This document shows, piece by piece, positions 23,511 to 36,968 of a DNA stretch of 64,000 nucleotides. A model generated the notes under the pieces. The model was not told the origin of the DNA, did not search any database, and was given only the letters and a program-made list of their open reading frames with translations. This DNA is from Takakia lepidozioides (Eukaryota; Plantae; Bryophyta), in contig JAKLZA010000010.1 in assembly GCA_030704615.1 (NCBI GenBank), forward strand, positions 1 to 64,000. Direction: 5' to 3'. Positions within the stretch are counted from its first letter, which is position 1. Each line of letters starts with the position of its first letter. Made by a program: the position numbers and the translations under genes.

Positions 23511-26500
23511 CATCTGGTCCTAGCTTATACATTCTGCTCCCTACCATAGTGTAAGGTAGAGCCTTGATAGCAATTCTCTTTCTCTGCTCCTTTCCATAAC
23601 TTGGTGGGCACTGACCATGAGCAAGGTAGTATCTGATTGGCCACTGCCAATCTAACCAGTCATCTGCACTTCCCTGCACCTCCACTTCAAATAGACTCGC
23701 ATCTGGTAATTGATCATCTACTCCCGTGGCTGGTTCTCCTGTTGATAACCGTGACAAGTGATCCGCCACAAGATGCAGCCTCCTAGGCTTGTAAACAACC
23801 TCGAACTCAAACTCGTGCAAGATTATCAACCATCTTGCTATTCTTCCGCTTATCAGAGGTTTGTTTACCAGGTATATCAGAGCCTGGTGATCCACATAGA
23901 ACATAAACTTCTTGCCCAACAGGTAATGCCTGAATTTCTTCACTGCATAGATCATTGCCAATGCTTCTCTTTCCGTTGTGCTATAATTTCTTTCAGCATT
24001 GTTCATCAATCGGCTAGCATAGTACACAGGTGAATCTATCATTCCTTTAACATTTTGGGCTAACAGTGCTCCTAGTGCTTCTCCAGAAGCATCACAGTGA
24101 ACATGAAATATTTCCTGCCAGTGAGGATTAATCAGCACAGGTGTAGTTGTTACTGACAATGTAAGTTCCTCAAAAGCCTGTTGACATTCAGGTGTCCATG
24201 CAAACACTGCATCTTTCTTCAGAAGTTTGCTCAATGGTGCTGCTATCTGTGCATATCGTCTGACAAATCTTCTGTAATAGCTGGTTTGTCCAAGGAATCT
24301 CCTTAGACTCTTAACATTCACTGGTGGTGGAGAGGCTTTAATGGCCTCTGTTTTCCTGGGATCCACAAGAAGTCCCCTCTTACACACAATGTGTCCCAGA
24401 AGCACCCCTGAGTTCACATAGAAAGTACACTTCTCTGGATTCAGGCCCAGACCTCTCATCCTGAATCTGGCCAGACATAACTCCAATTTATGCAAGTGCT
24501 CATTCTTAGAGCTGTACACACTGAAATCATCCAAGAACACGTGCATGAAATCATCCAGATACTCATGAAAAGATTCACTTATCACTCTCTGAAAGGTCGC
24601 TGGTGCATTACAAGGTCCAAAGGGCATGACTTTGTATGCGTAAGCACCCCAGTCTGTGATGAAAGCTGTCTTTCCTTGGTCTTCTTCTGCCACTTGCACT
24701 TGATTATAACCACTGAAGCCATCCATGAATGAGTACATCTCATGGCCTGCCACAGTGTCCAATACTGCTTCTGTGAATGGCAAAGGGAAAGGATCTTTCT
24801 TCGTACAAGCATTCAGCTTCTTGTAGTTCACACAAACTCTTAGTTTACCATTCTTCTTGGGAACTATTACAATGGGTGACAACCAAGTTGTATACTCTAT
24901 TGGGTATATAAACTTAGCCTGAGCCAACTTCTTGATCTCTTCTCCAACCTTCTGTGCGTAGTTGGGATTCATTCTGTACCTTGCCTGCTTGATTGGTACT
25001 GACCCTGGTTCCAGTTCAATCTTATGCTGACAGATTTCAGGTGGTATCCCTTTTAGATCCTCATAGCTCCAAGCAAATACATCTCTGTATTTGATGAACA
25101 AGCTCTTAGCTTCTTCAAAGAATTCTGGCTCCAAATCAGCTCCTACCTTCACCATCCTCGGTTCCTCTTTAGTTCCCACATTCACTTCCCTCACCTGCTC
25201 ATCAGCTGTGATTGTCCAACCAGTCACCACTTCATCCTGTAAACTCACAATGGCTGGTTCTTCTAGGATTTCCATTTCTCCTTCTCTTTCTTCATAGAAA
25301 TGTGATGGATAACTGTTGGTTTCCTCTTCAATTGGTGTTGCTGACACTACACCACAACAGATACCTCTTAAACAACTTAGGCCTTCCAGCCGCATCTCTG
25401 CAACCTGCTCCCACTCTGGGTGTGTAGCAAACAGGGTAGCTTCCTGCTCCTCATCCAGTCCTCCTCTCCAGTCATACTCTCTGACCCCTCGAGGTCTTCT
25501 CGTAGCAGGTAATCTACTCGATTTCTTTGTGGTAATTTGTATCTCGTGTATCCCATTATGCACGGTTAGTAATTGAGAATTCCAGTCATGGAATACCCTG
25601 GCTTGTTTCAGCCACGGACGTCCCAATAATAAGGAGTAAGCCTCCATGACTTCATCCATCTTCAACACAGTTACTGTGATCATAAAGATCATCTTCTGTA
25701 TCTATATCTTAACTCCTCTTATTAATCCCAATGGTTGTACACTCCTTTGATCTGCCATTATTACTGTAAATGGGGCTGGTTTCATGTTACTTAGACCAAG
25801 CTTCTTTTTTAATTGGTCTGTCATGATATTTACTCCAGAGCCTCCATCTATCAGTACATCAGTTCGTTCTGTGCTTCCAATTCTCAATTGGATTACTGGC
25901 ATAGAATCATCAAAGTCCATGACTGTTTCTCGCCCTTCCGGCTTCACATTATAACTGGTCAACTTGCTGTTCAGGTTTGTGTTTCCTGTCTCCTGGGCAA
26001 TTTGATTGATTGCTTGATACAGCCTGTGTCTACAATAAGGTGCCACAGCCAATAGCTGTCCAATGGTAATCTCTGCTTTGGTCTGGCATATTACTTCAGC
26101 CAAAGTCCCTTCATTACTTTGCATGTCTGCATCTTCTTTCTTCCTTTCATCCTCACTCACTTCTTCTTCTCCATCAGAATCAGAGGAATCTGCCACAGGA
26201 ATATCAGTACTCTTCTGCATTTCCCTTATGGTATCTGCCACTTCCTTGTGCAGTTCCTTCTCATCTCTCCAAGCCTCATCATCTTCAGGCATATCACTGC
26301 CACCTTCATTATCATCATCTTCCTCAACTACTGGAGGTATTAGTTTGGCTTTGCTTATTGTTACTATCATTGTACTTACTTCTGGTACAACACATGGCCT
26401 AACCATGTGAGCTGCCACCACTGGGCCCTCATTCACAGGAGCTCTCATCTCATTCTGGTGTCTAATCCAGAATGAATAGGCTGCCTTGTGATGTCCTGGC

Positions 26501-28413
26501 TGATAACAATAGTAACACAGTTCTTCACCATTGGGTCCTCGCCCTTGGTCTGCTCTTGGATTATTTCTATAATCCTGATTCCCTGGCTGGTAATTCCCCC
26601 TTGGATTACCCTGATAGTTGCCTCTGGAATTTTCTTGGTAATTCCCTCTTGAATTACCTCTCCCTTCCATGCCATTGTTATAACCACCAGGCCTACCATA
26701 GTGGTCCTGATCACTGTTTCTTCTTGGCTGGGGCTGCACTTGATGCACCCTTACTTGCCTAGGTTCTCTAGTTGTTGTCCTTCTGTTGTAGTAACAATTC
26801 TCAGTAGAATGGTTATCCATTTTACATATAGTACAGTGTTTCTCCTTCGTGTGGCATTCAGTGGTGGTATGGCCTTCATTCTGGCACTTTGCACACCAAA
26901 CACCCTTCCTCCAATGTGTTGCAGCCTCTGTGGCATACTTCTTCAAGATTTCTTCTAATCTTTTCTCATAGTTATCCCTCTTCAACTTCTCCTTTCTCTT
27001 ACTCTTCCTTTTCAGTTCTTGCTCTTCTTCTTCATCTGACTCATCCTCAGAGTCCTCATCATCCCTTTTCTCTCTCCTGAGCATTCCCAATTGCTCAATT
27101 CTGTTTGCCGTTTCAAATGCCTCCTCCACTGTATTATGGGGTAACATATCCACTTTCTTTTGCAACTCTGGTCTTAGTCCACTCACAAACCAAGTCTTCT
27201 GTAAACCTGGTGCTGGTACAGCAGCCAGCTTTTTCATCATCGATTCCATCTTTTCCATATACTCCTCAACAGTTTCATGCTTCTTTTGCTTTAACTGTTG
27301 TAAACTTCCATACACTTCATCCTCAGTTTTACTTGTCCTGAACCTATTTCGGAATGCTGTATTCAAGCCATTCCAGGTTAGGAAATGATTATCAGGGAAT
27401 CTTGCATACCATTCACTTGATTTCTTGATAAGTGAACAAGGAAACAATCTCATCTTGGCATCATCGCCATTCTCATTGTGCACTATACACATGTGCTCAA
27501 ATTGGCTAATGTGTACATCGGGATCCCCTTTTCCTGAATATATTGGAAAAGGTGGTTTTGCCCGTGTTGGTTGTAACACCATCTGTGGCCCTACCTTCTG
27601 CCCACTGACAGGTGCTTGCACCCTTGCTGGTGCTGGTCCTTCAGGACCTGTTGTTGTTGTGGTGGATCTTCCACCAAGTGGTGGCCCTTGAGCACTCCCT
27701 GCTACTGGCCCCACGATATTCACAGTATTCCCAGCTCCAGTTGCACTACTTCCCACACTCCCTGTCCCCCCAGAGCCAGATTCAGGCAGCCCGCCTGATC
27801 CCCCTGAGCCGACACCTTCGTTGGCCTGTGATCCAAGTGCTCCACTTGATCCAGGTCCAACGGGTTGGGATGTCCTGGTTGTAGTCTCAACCTCAGCTGT
27901 TGGGTCTACTTCTTCATACTCTTCCTCTTCCAATTTCTTCTCTCTATTTTCATCCTCCAAGTTCTGCCCTTGGGTTTCTTCTTCACTCATGTAACTCAAC
28001 TGCAATGGTGTTGGAGAGTCTGAACTCTCCGTTGGCTCTGCCACATCCTCTCCTCCTTCTTCACCTTCCGCTTCAGAAACTGGAGTTCCTGCTTTTGGTG
28101 TTCCATGCCAACTCTTATCAAAGATTTCTGTCAAATCTTTTATCCAGGGATGTACCTCAGATCTTTCACCTCGTGATTGATCTTCTTCCCGTACCAATTC
28201 CCTTAATCTTTTTTGCAAAGAAAAAGAAGGAGTGGCATCCAACTCTAGTTCTTCCGGTATGGGTGATGTACTCTCTGATCTTAATGGTGTGAGAGGTCCA
28301 GATGATTCCCCTATGTCTATTCCTCTCTCCCAAAGATATGGATAATTAGCTTTCATATAGCTTTCTCTTTTTGCTGAATATCTCTGGCGTCTAGCTTCTC
28401 TTTCATCACTCAT
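23511..28413 (-). pseudogene. gag-pol: Single-frame gag-pol of B1 (Gag, CCHC knuckles, PR, RT, RH)
   Basis: Gag FPIYSGKGDPDVHI; CAKCQNEGHTTTEC; PR VLIDGGSG; RT FLDDF; RH VHCDAS. TAG at 25702-25704 is CAG in B2. Confidence 0.93.
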
Positions 28414-28434
28414 GTCCCATGTCTTTCATTTCTT

Positions 28435-29130
28435 TTAATGTGGCAATAACCAAAACTCTCTTCTGTAATATCTCTCGTATATGCCTGGGTTCCTTTCAAG
28501 CTTCAATGCACCCTTAGCTATACTAGAAGTCTCCGTTACCATATAACCATATGGCAAACAAGTCTGGAAAGTTGTTCTTGGTGTGAGTTTGATCCACAAA
28601 ATATCCTTTGGAATCCAATTCTTTACCAGTACAAGCTCTTCATGCATATGAGTATAAACATTCACCTTTCTTTCCTCCCAGCCTTCAAACTCTACTCGCT
28701 TAATGGATAGCAATGCTATCACATGAACCAATGTTGGTAACCAACGTGCTCTTCCTCTACAGGCCACCTGATAAATCTTTATCACTCCTTTTTCCAGACC
28801 CCACTCAGGATCAGCATCATGCACTCTCTTAAGAATGTTTTCTTTACAACCGTCTGGCAATTCCAAGAACCTCTGAAAGAATCGTTTGGACAATCTTCCC
28901 TTCTCAGTTTCACAAGGAATTTGATTCACATCAAATTCTTTAATTCTCCAACCCCCATAATCCCACCAGATGCCTGTCACATCTGGTTGTTCATGACCCA
29001 GTTCCCCAGTATGGTCGCCAAATGTCGCGCGGCTTTTATTCACCCATCCCTTCGCTATCCGAGGCGGAAACTCCAAGATAGAAGAGTTGGAAATCTCTAA
29101 GCACTCAGCCCGCTCAGAACAATCAGTCAT
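28435..29130 (-). CDS. Upstream accessory ORF of family B (231 aa, unknown function, F-box-like motif)
   Basis: Intact in B1 and B2; homologous to family C ORF 50218-50724. Confidence 0.7.
   Translation of the reverse strand: MTDCSERAECLEISNSSILEFPPRIAKGWVNKSRATFGDHTGELGHEQPDVTGIWWDYGGWRIKEFDVNQIPCETEKGRLSKRFFQRFLELPDGCKENILKRVHDADPEWGLEKGVIKIYQVACRGRARWLPTLVHVIALLSIKRVEFEGWEERKVNVYTHMHEELVLVKNWIPKDILWIKLTPRTTFQTCLPYGYMVTETSSIAKGALKLERNPGIYERYYRREFWLLPH
29003..29020 (-). promoter_or_regulatory. Primer binding site (tRNA-Arg-type) of B1
   Basis: TGGCGACCATACTGGGGA 2 nt after LTR end ...GCGACA. Confidence 0.8.
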
Positions 29131-30033
29131 GAGCTACAACTAGTGTATCATGGGGGTGTTTCCTATTTGTTTTCCTTCCCGCATTCATGTTAGCTAGTTA
29201 CCTTACTGTTGGTAATTAAGTATCAGTTTGCTTCAGCAATCTATCGGATTCCATCAACTCATCCATTCATTCCACAGCTTCACTCAGATCTCTCTACACA
29301 GTGTGAGTATGAAGTATGTATCAGATTAATATCTATCAAGTATCAGGCTGAAGCCATGGAGTCTCTAATCTGCTCTACATTACAACTCTACTGCTTGCAT
29401 TCATCAAGCATCAACAGATCGTCCTCCTCCTACTCTGTGCTCTCCCTCTTTCTGCTCAGAGATGCGCTCTCTGCCTCATTTCCCCCAGTGATGTCCGAAG
29501 TCCCCCCAAGAAGTGCTCTCCCAGAATTCATTGCTCCTGGCTTTATCTTCCTACCCATTGTTCTAACCGTTTCCCTCACTAACCGTCATCCGTGAACTAA
29601 CATGTTCCATTCGCAGATGTTGTTCCCCACAGTCGTTCCCTGTCCTGCTATCCGTTCACTATGGTCGTGACAGCTGTGTCAAGCTGTGACTGGCTGTGAC
29701 GACTGTGTCTGGCTGTGTCGGCTGTGTCGGCTGTGTCGGACTGTGACGGGCTGTGTGGGACTGTGACGAGCTGTGTTGGCTGTGACGGGCTGTGTCGGAC
29801 TGTGACGAGCTGTGTTGGCTGTGACGGGCTGTGTCGGACTGTGACGAGCTGTGTTGGCTGTGACGGGCTGTGTTGGCTGTGACGGGCTGTGTCGAACTGT
29901 GACGGGCTGTGTAACCCCCCCTAAAGTGCACTGCTGTCACCCCTAAGGCTCCTGTTGGTCTCAGTCTGTGTAAAAATTAAGGGTACCCCACAGATCCCGT
30001 AAAAGTGCCTAAGTCCCAGACAGTCCTCTAACA
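29023..30033 (-). repeat. 5' LTR of B1 (~1 kb, TGTTAGAGG...CGCGACA) with internal CACAGCC repeats
   Basis: Matches 55577-56510; TG...CA ends; inserted into the family C RT (..YKDLKGIP). Confidence 0.88.
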
Positions 30034-33000
30034 CTACAAAGATTTGAAGGGTATACCTTCCAACATCTGTCAACACTGAATTGAATTGGAAGTTGACACA
30101 AAACCAATTCGTCAGAACCGTTACAAAATGAACCCCAACTATGCAGCTAAAGTTTGGGAAGAAATCAAGAAATTACTGGATGCAGGATTCATATACCCAG
30201 TAGAGACACCACAATGGTTATCGCCCATTGTGATAGTACACAAGAAAAATGGAAAATTACGAGTATGTGTGGACTACCGCAAGTTAAATGCAGGAACCAA
30301 GAAAGACCCCTTTCCACTACCTTTCACCGAAATAGTGTTGGACACAGTGGCCGGACATGAGATGTACTCATTCATGGATGGGTTTAGTGGGTACAACCAG
30401 GTGCAGATGGCAGAAGAAGATCGAGAAAAGACCGCATTCATCACTGAATGTGGAGCCTATGCTTACAAAGTCATGCCATTTGGACTTTGCAACGCACCAG
30501 CCACGTTTCAGCGAGCAGTATTTGAGATATTCAAGAATTATCTCAACGATTTTATGCAGGTATTTTTGGATGATTTCAGTGTCTTCGGACAGAAATCCAA
30601 ACACTTGGCATAGTTAAAACTTTGCCTACAAGCCTGCAGAAACAATGGAGTAAGTCTCAACCCGGAAAAATGTACATTTTGTGTGAATTCAGGATTATTG
30701 TTGGGACACATTGTGTGCCAACAGGGAATTCTGGTAGATCCAAAGAAAGTAGAGGTTATCCAGAAAATACCACCACCAGAAAATCCTAAGAAACTCAAGA
30801 GATTTCTGGGACAGACAAGCTATTACAGAAGGTACATGAACAAATATGCTCACAGAGCGGCACCAGTCTATAGACTACTGAAGCAAGATGCCGAATACCG
30901 ATGGTCTCCAGCTTGCCAGGAATCATTTGATTCACTAAAAAGAGCACTCATAGCAGCACCAATTCTGATAAATCCAAGATGGGATTTACCATTTCATGTA
31001 CACAGTGATGCATCAGGCATTGATGTTGGGAGCAGTTCTAGCTCAGAATGTGACAGGCACAATAGATTCACCAATCTATTATGCAAGCAGATTGTTGACA
31101 GCAGCCGAGAAGAACTATAGCACCACAGAAAGGGAAGCATTGGCAATGATTTATGCTGTTCAAAAGTTTCCGCATTATTTACTTGGCAATCACTTTAAGT
31201 TTATTGTTGATCATCAGGCTCTAGTTCATTTAGCAAATCGACCACTAGCTAGTGGCAGGGTTGGTCGATGGTTATTACTTCTTCATGAGTATGATTTTGA
31301 AGTTGTTCATAAACCAGGAAGATTACATGTTACAGCAGATCATCTATCAAGGATTACTACAGGAGAACCAGCCACGGGGGTAGAGGATCAACTTCCCGAT
31401 GCATTTCTATTTGCTGTTCAACCAGAAGCACCAGATGAAGAGACAGATCCTATAGACGCTCTGGGAATGTTTCAAGGAGACTATGACCTTCCAGATGCTC
31501 TTAAACTCATGGATGACACTGATGAAGAAGAGGACTCATCAGATGAAGATGAACCTCTTGATGAAGGACCTATTATTGAGGAAGAGCCAGATCCAGAAGA
31601 AGAAGATGACAAGAAAAACAAAGAAACAAGCAATCAAGAATTGGCCAATATCAGTATTGGAGCTTATACAGTTACCAAGGAAGAATCAGAAGACATTCAG
31701 AAGCAAGATCAAGATGATTGGCAATGGCCAATCAAATACTATCTGAACACAGGGAAATTTCCTGAAGACTACACCAAAGATGACAGGAGAAAGCTTTCAA
31801 TGAAAAACAAGCCATACACAGTAATCAAGGGGATTCTGTACAAAAGAGGAATTGACTCCATAATGAGAAGATGTGTAAACAAAGAGCAAGCCAAAACAGT
31901 GATGCAAGAGCTACATTAAGGAAATGTAGGAGGACACTTCAATTCGGACCTGATAGCAAAGAAGATATTATTAGCAGGTTACTGGTGACCTACTGTATTT
32001 GGAGATACTTATGAACACTGTCAACAGTGTGATGTTTACCAGAGAATGGGACCAGTAGAACGAACTGGGAAGGGTACTATGCACCCAATACTACCAACGG
32101 AACCATTTCAGCGATGGGGGCTAGACTTCGTGGGGCCCATTAAACCTCCAGCAAGGTACACACAAAACCAATACATCCTCACAACCACTGACTACACTAT
32201 CAAATGGGTAGAGGCCAAGGCACTAAGAGACAACACTGCCAGATTGACAGCCAAATTCTTATATGAAAACATCATCACACGATTTGGTTGCCTAGTGGAA
32301 TTCGTCAGTGATCAGGGATCACATTTTATAAATGATGCCATAAAATGCTTGACGGAGGAATTATGATCGTACATCACAAGAGTACTGCTTACTATCCCTA
32401 AGGAAGTGGCCAGGCCGAATCTACCAACAATATATTATGCACTATCTTAACCAAGATAGTAAATGCCAATCGTACAGATTGGGACACCAAATTGAACATA
32501 TCACTATGGGCATTCAGGACATCATACAAGGTGACCACGAAACATACACCATTTCAACTGGTGTATGGAGCAGAGGCACTATTACCCATTGAATGTATGA
32601 TACCCACACTACGAACCGGAACTCATGAACGATGGGGTTTAGAGGAGTCTCTACGAGTCAGGGAATATGAGTTATTCCATCTAGAAGAAGTTCGGGCAGA
32701 CGCCGCAGATAACATGGCACGAATTCAAGAACAACGAAGAAAAAGAATATCCGAAGGGAAAGAGAAATCTTCCCAGGACGGAGACATTGTTTTATGGTTA
32801 CCAAAAATCAAGAAGATCAAACTGGGCGGAAAATGGAAATGTCATGGATGGGACCATTTCAAATCGAAAAGGTACATGACAATGGAACTGTTGATTTGCA
32901 GACCTTGGAACAAGAATTCGTGGGACGAATTAATATTAACAAGTTAAAAGGCTACCAAGGAATACATGACAAAACCCTTATACATGACTTATACGCCAAC

Positions 33001-33294
33001 GAGGAAGATCAAACTGAAGATGAGGAGCATGAAACTGCCAGTGCATACTACATTCATCACAACACGGTGAATTGGCATGTACTAAGACAGGTGGCAACAC
33101 GGATTCAGGGCACCACGACGGCTAGACCACCATTCATCTGGAAGACAACATTACCACCCCGTATACCGTATGGTGAACCGTGGCCAGCACAGATGCCCTA
33201 CAGAACCGTGAACGAATACGAAGCAGCCAACGAGTCACTGCTTGTGTTAAACTCCAAGATGTACTCTCTCAGATCACCCCACCGACCGTGGTAA
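30034..33294 (+). pseudogene. pol: Degenerate pol (RT-RH-INT) of a related Ty3 family (C)
   Basis: LRVCVDYR, FLDDF, HVHSDAS, WGLDF, SDQGSHF; multiple stops and frameshifts; acidic insert between RH and INT. Confidence 0.92.
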
Positions 33295-33886
33295 TCATAT
33301 ACCACTAACCATCGATCATAACACGGAGGCAGAACAACGGCGCAATCCAACAGATTGCCAAAAGACGGCGGATGATAAGGGCAAAGCCATTAAACCAAGC
33401 TGCAAGTACTGCGCACACGCCGCCCATCTAAAAACGGACCACGTACCAAAGTGGATGAACACATCCAAGATGGATGAACATAAATTGACCGAAACCGGAC
33501 AATCATCAACGACCATCAGTTCGATCCAAGACAAACCACGAAGAAAACACCAACGGAAGAAAATCAGGCACAAAAGGGATGAAGTTTACTCAAAACCATT
33601 ACCAGAAGCTAAATGCTTCTTGATGAGCCTGGGCCGAGCAATTAAAGCTAACTGCGCTTTAAACCTAGGCAAACAGCAGGACAAAATTACCTCCATGAGA
33701 ACCTCGAGAGAAGTTAGAGGAGAAGCCTATAGAGGAGAACCCCTACTTAAACCCAGAAACCAACTCCTCAACTTCTCTTCCGCAAACTGGAAATTATTGT
33801 CTACACAACTTCCAGTGTGCTTCATATTGCTTGTGATACAGGAATTGGTGCTCCAATTCCTTACAGCAACCGCAAGACTAAGGGAA

Positions 33887-34721
33887 ATGGTAGGCACCAA
33901 GCGGAAGGCACCAAGTTCTTATGCGCAAGTGAATTTCAAAATCAGCCCGGCTTGCGGAAGATCGAGCAGGACACAAAGACACAGGAGACGTTGGACAGTC
34001 TTGGCCTGCAATACTTCATCACCACGCCGGACTGGAACCTTAAGCACGACGAGTTGTGCAGGGAGTTCTTGGAGAATTACAACACCAGCACTCGAAGCAC
34101 AAATGTCCGCGACACACAGATTCTGCTAACGGAGAAGTAGTTGGCGGAAGTATTTCACCTTCCCAGTCTGGACGTACCGGCGCACAACGGCAAACCTCCA
34201 AGGTTTGTACTTGCAGATTTGTTTGAGAATCTCAACCAAGCCAATCAGGGCTACATATGCAGTCACAGCAAAAACCCCGGCTTTAGGAAGATAGCCCCAG
34301 TACTTAGCACGTTGCTTTGCCACAGGCAAAACCACATCTACTATACTAAGGAGCTAATCGATCAAGTGTTGATTTGCCTCAATGGGCAAATTGTGGATTG
34401 GGCAAGCTTCTTATTGAAGAAGTTAACCCAAGAATTGACCCGATTGACAAAGAAGAAGAAGGAAGCGACTGTTACCATGGCTACTCCCTTGTTACTCCAA
34501 ATGATTCGACACACTGTACACCTGACACCCGAAGAGCAAACAATGTTGGGAATTATGCAGCTGGTAGATACGATGGAGGAAGAAGGAAGTGACACGGCAG
34601 CAGGTCAAGAAGAAGAAGAGGGCGGACTTGCAAAGAGAGCCCGGATCAACGAAGCAACCACAAGTGCAGCAGCAGAGGACATCATCAACTCAACAGCTGA
34701 TTCCACAGTGCAGAGAGAAGG
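33887..34721 (+). pseudogene. 3' accessory ORF of family C (Transposase_32-like), truncated by LTR insertion
   Basis: DWNLKHDELCREFLENYN...VRDTQILLTEK*LAEVFHLP...GQIVDWA; aligns to 12356-13348. Confidence 0.6.
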
Positions 34722-35600
34722 TGTCGCGGCCCTTTGCCTTGAGGGCAGGGGGGGTCGGGACACGAGAGGGGCTGCCCTTGTGGTGGGGGCGGTGGCAACA
34801 ATAGATGCGGGGGCTGAAGCACCCTTTAGTGCCCAAAGGCACTCGAGGAGGCGGAGGCGCTCACTAGGTGGAGCCCCGCACACCGGGTTGCGGTGGGGGT
34901 GGTTCCACGAGGGGTGGTAGTAGCTTAGCGGGACTTAGTGGGGGTGGCATAGGACTCACCATGGGGCGGAGACCTTGTGGTGGGAGTCGTGGGGAGTCTT
35001 GGGACTCATCATGGTCCAATGGGCCGTGGTGGGTGGGCCAAGACTCACCGCGACTCATCACCGGGAATCGAGGGTCTTCGTGGTGGTTTGCCATAAAAGG
35101 ATGGTGTTGTTTGTGGAACCCCCGCGCATAGTCACAGAAAAGTATATATAGGGAGTAGTAACCCCGAGAACGGTGCAAACCCGTTGGTGACCAAAAACTA
35201 GTGAGTAAGCGAGCGAGCCGAAAAGCGACCAAGGAATGGGGAGCTATTCTGGACTGCCATCTACCAAAGGGAATTTCCACTGGGCCCAAATTGGTGGAGG
35301 GTCTGTTGGGGGAAGAAAGGGGGACCGTTATGTCCCGGTGAGCAGCCAAAGCTCCGAGTTGGCCCGGCGGCCAGGTTGGGAGTTAGGTGCGCGCATCAAA
35401 GCGAGTAACTATGACTTGAAGGGGAGCTTACCGAAGTGAGGTGCGCGACACTTGGTATCAAAGCTTAGAGTTCAGTACGCGATCGTCCTTGGGATCGACC
35501 CCGTCATGGGGTCGGGCAAGCCAAAGCGAAAGTGGAACGGCCCGAAAGATGATGATCCTGGTGAGCCCGATGGGGGCGACGTGTCACCGAAGCGGCCATT
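34722..35600 (+). mobile_element. LTR (34722-35450) + Met-PBS + gag start of a further LTR retrotransposon, truncated
   Basis: TGTCGCG...CGCGACA termini; TGGTATCAAAGC at 35453. Confidence 0.8.
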
Positions 35601-35930
35601 CACTAGAAGAGAAACCGACTTTTTCCACGGTTTTTTCCACACTTTTTGCTGTGGAATCAGCCGCAGTCCACACCTGCCGTGGGTGTAAGGAACGACTAGT
35701 GCTTTCGGACACCCTGTGTACGGTCTGGCTCTCGGGTGGCCCTGTGGAAAAGTCCACGGGAGGCTTTTTCCATGGGTGGGCTTTTTTCATGGGGTGCATG
35801 GTGACATGGCCGGTGACATGGCAGAGTGTGAAAAAGGCCAGTGTGGCATGTTTCACGGCGGATTTCACACCTCGAACAAGCCACTATGCGACAAGTGTCA
35901 TATTTCACACCTTCGACAAGTCACTATGCA
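35601..35930 (+). mobile_element. Probable CACTA transposon left end
   Basis: Starts CACTAGAAGAGAAA, followed by direct and inverted TTTTCCAC/GTGGAAAA subterminal repeats; partner end not found. Confidence 0.55.
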
Positions 35931-36443
35931 ACACGTATTCATTCCTGTGTGGTGGTACACATTAATTATTTAATTATTTGCTTTCCAATATTAAGTTTGA
36001 ATATTAATGGATTTAAATTATTATTATTATTATTATAGGAAAAATGGACAGTGGCCTAGATGAGAACATTATTAAATAACAAAATATTGAAATTATGTTT
36101 TTAGAAATTATATTTATTCACTCAGATACCAAAACACACCCTTTGCAGGGAAGGAGAGTTTGCCTTAGTGTCTATGCTGAGTTGCGTCTCCTACTCTCTG
36201 TAATCGGGGGCTGCTATTTCAGGAGCGATGAGCCAGGAGCGGCATGAGCCATGAGCAGAGTCGTAAGTGTAAAAAAAAACATGAGCAAGACTATTTTCCG
36301 GAAATGAGTGTCCGCGGGAATAGGGTTTAGGGTGTCACGGTCATAGGGGGAGAAGGACCTCCCGATGAAGGAGGTTCGGCAATGTTTTTTAGAATTACAT
36401 ATTGAAAGGCAATGTTTCGCGAATGGTAGGGTGGTATTGCTCT

Positions 36444-36968
36444 TGTCGTGCGCATACGTATCGCTACACAACTACATCGCTGTCCAAACCACCCCACACA
36501 TATATGCACAATAAGTAGTCTGCCACAATGATAAGAAAAGCTAAAAACACACTGTTCACACAAGAAACAACATGAATCCAACAGCATCACTCGTTAAAAC
36601 AAAAGTCGAGCCAGGGGCACCCCAAGCTGTGGGGACTCCACCCCACAGCAACCTACACTCCCATCATGAGCACACTCAGTCCTAAACGATGCAGGAGCTC
36701 GGTCGCGCAGGCTCAACTCGAGAGAGATGAGCTGCGCGACTGCCGCTCTCGTGAAGATAAGACGGGTTAGGTGTCAAACTAAACTTGACACCTGATTTAA
36801 CACTTGACCTAAATCCAAGTGTTAAATACAAATAACTAGCTTTATTCTAGCTAGTTTCACACTGTGCTTATTTAACTTGAAACTGTCGTGCGCATACGTA
36901 TCGCTACACAACTACATCGCTGTCCAAACCACACCACACATATATGCACAATAAAGTAGTCTGCCACA
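36444..36968 (-). repeat. 3' terminal block of A2: ~85-bp repeat - ~355-bp segment - ~85-bp repeat
   Basis: 36444-36529 is nearly identical to 36884-36970; the second abuts the PPT. Confidence 0.8.

Larger units (their letters stand above)
12356..30033 (-). mobile_element. Family B Ty3/Gypsy (non-chromovirus-like) element, copy B1; 3' end lost, pol interrupted by MULE
   Basis: LTR 30033-29023, PBS, upstream ORF, gag-pol, 3' ORF; colinear with 55577-64000 (+). Confidence 0.92.

Noticed and set aside
25693-25704. gag/pol boundary stop in B1
   Set aside because: It lies within the protease region and B2 has CAG.
30009-30020. TCTGGGACTTAG shared by the B LTR start and MULE 1 subterminal repeats
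   Set aside because: Only 12 bp; a chance match cannot be excluded.
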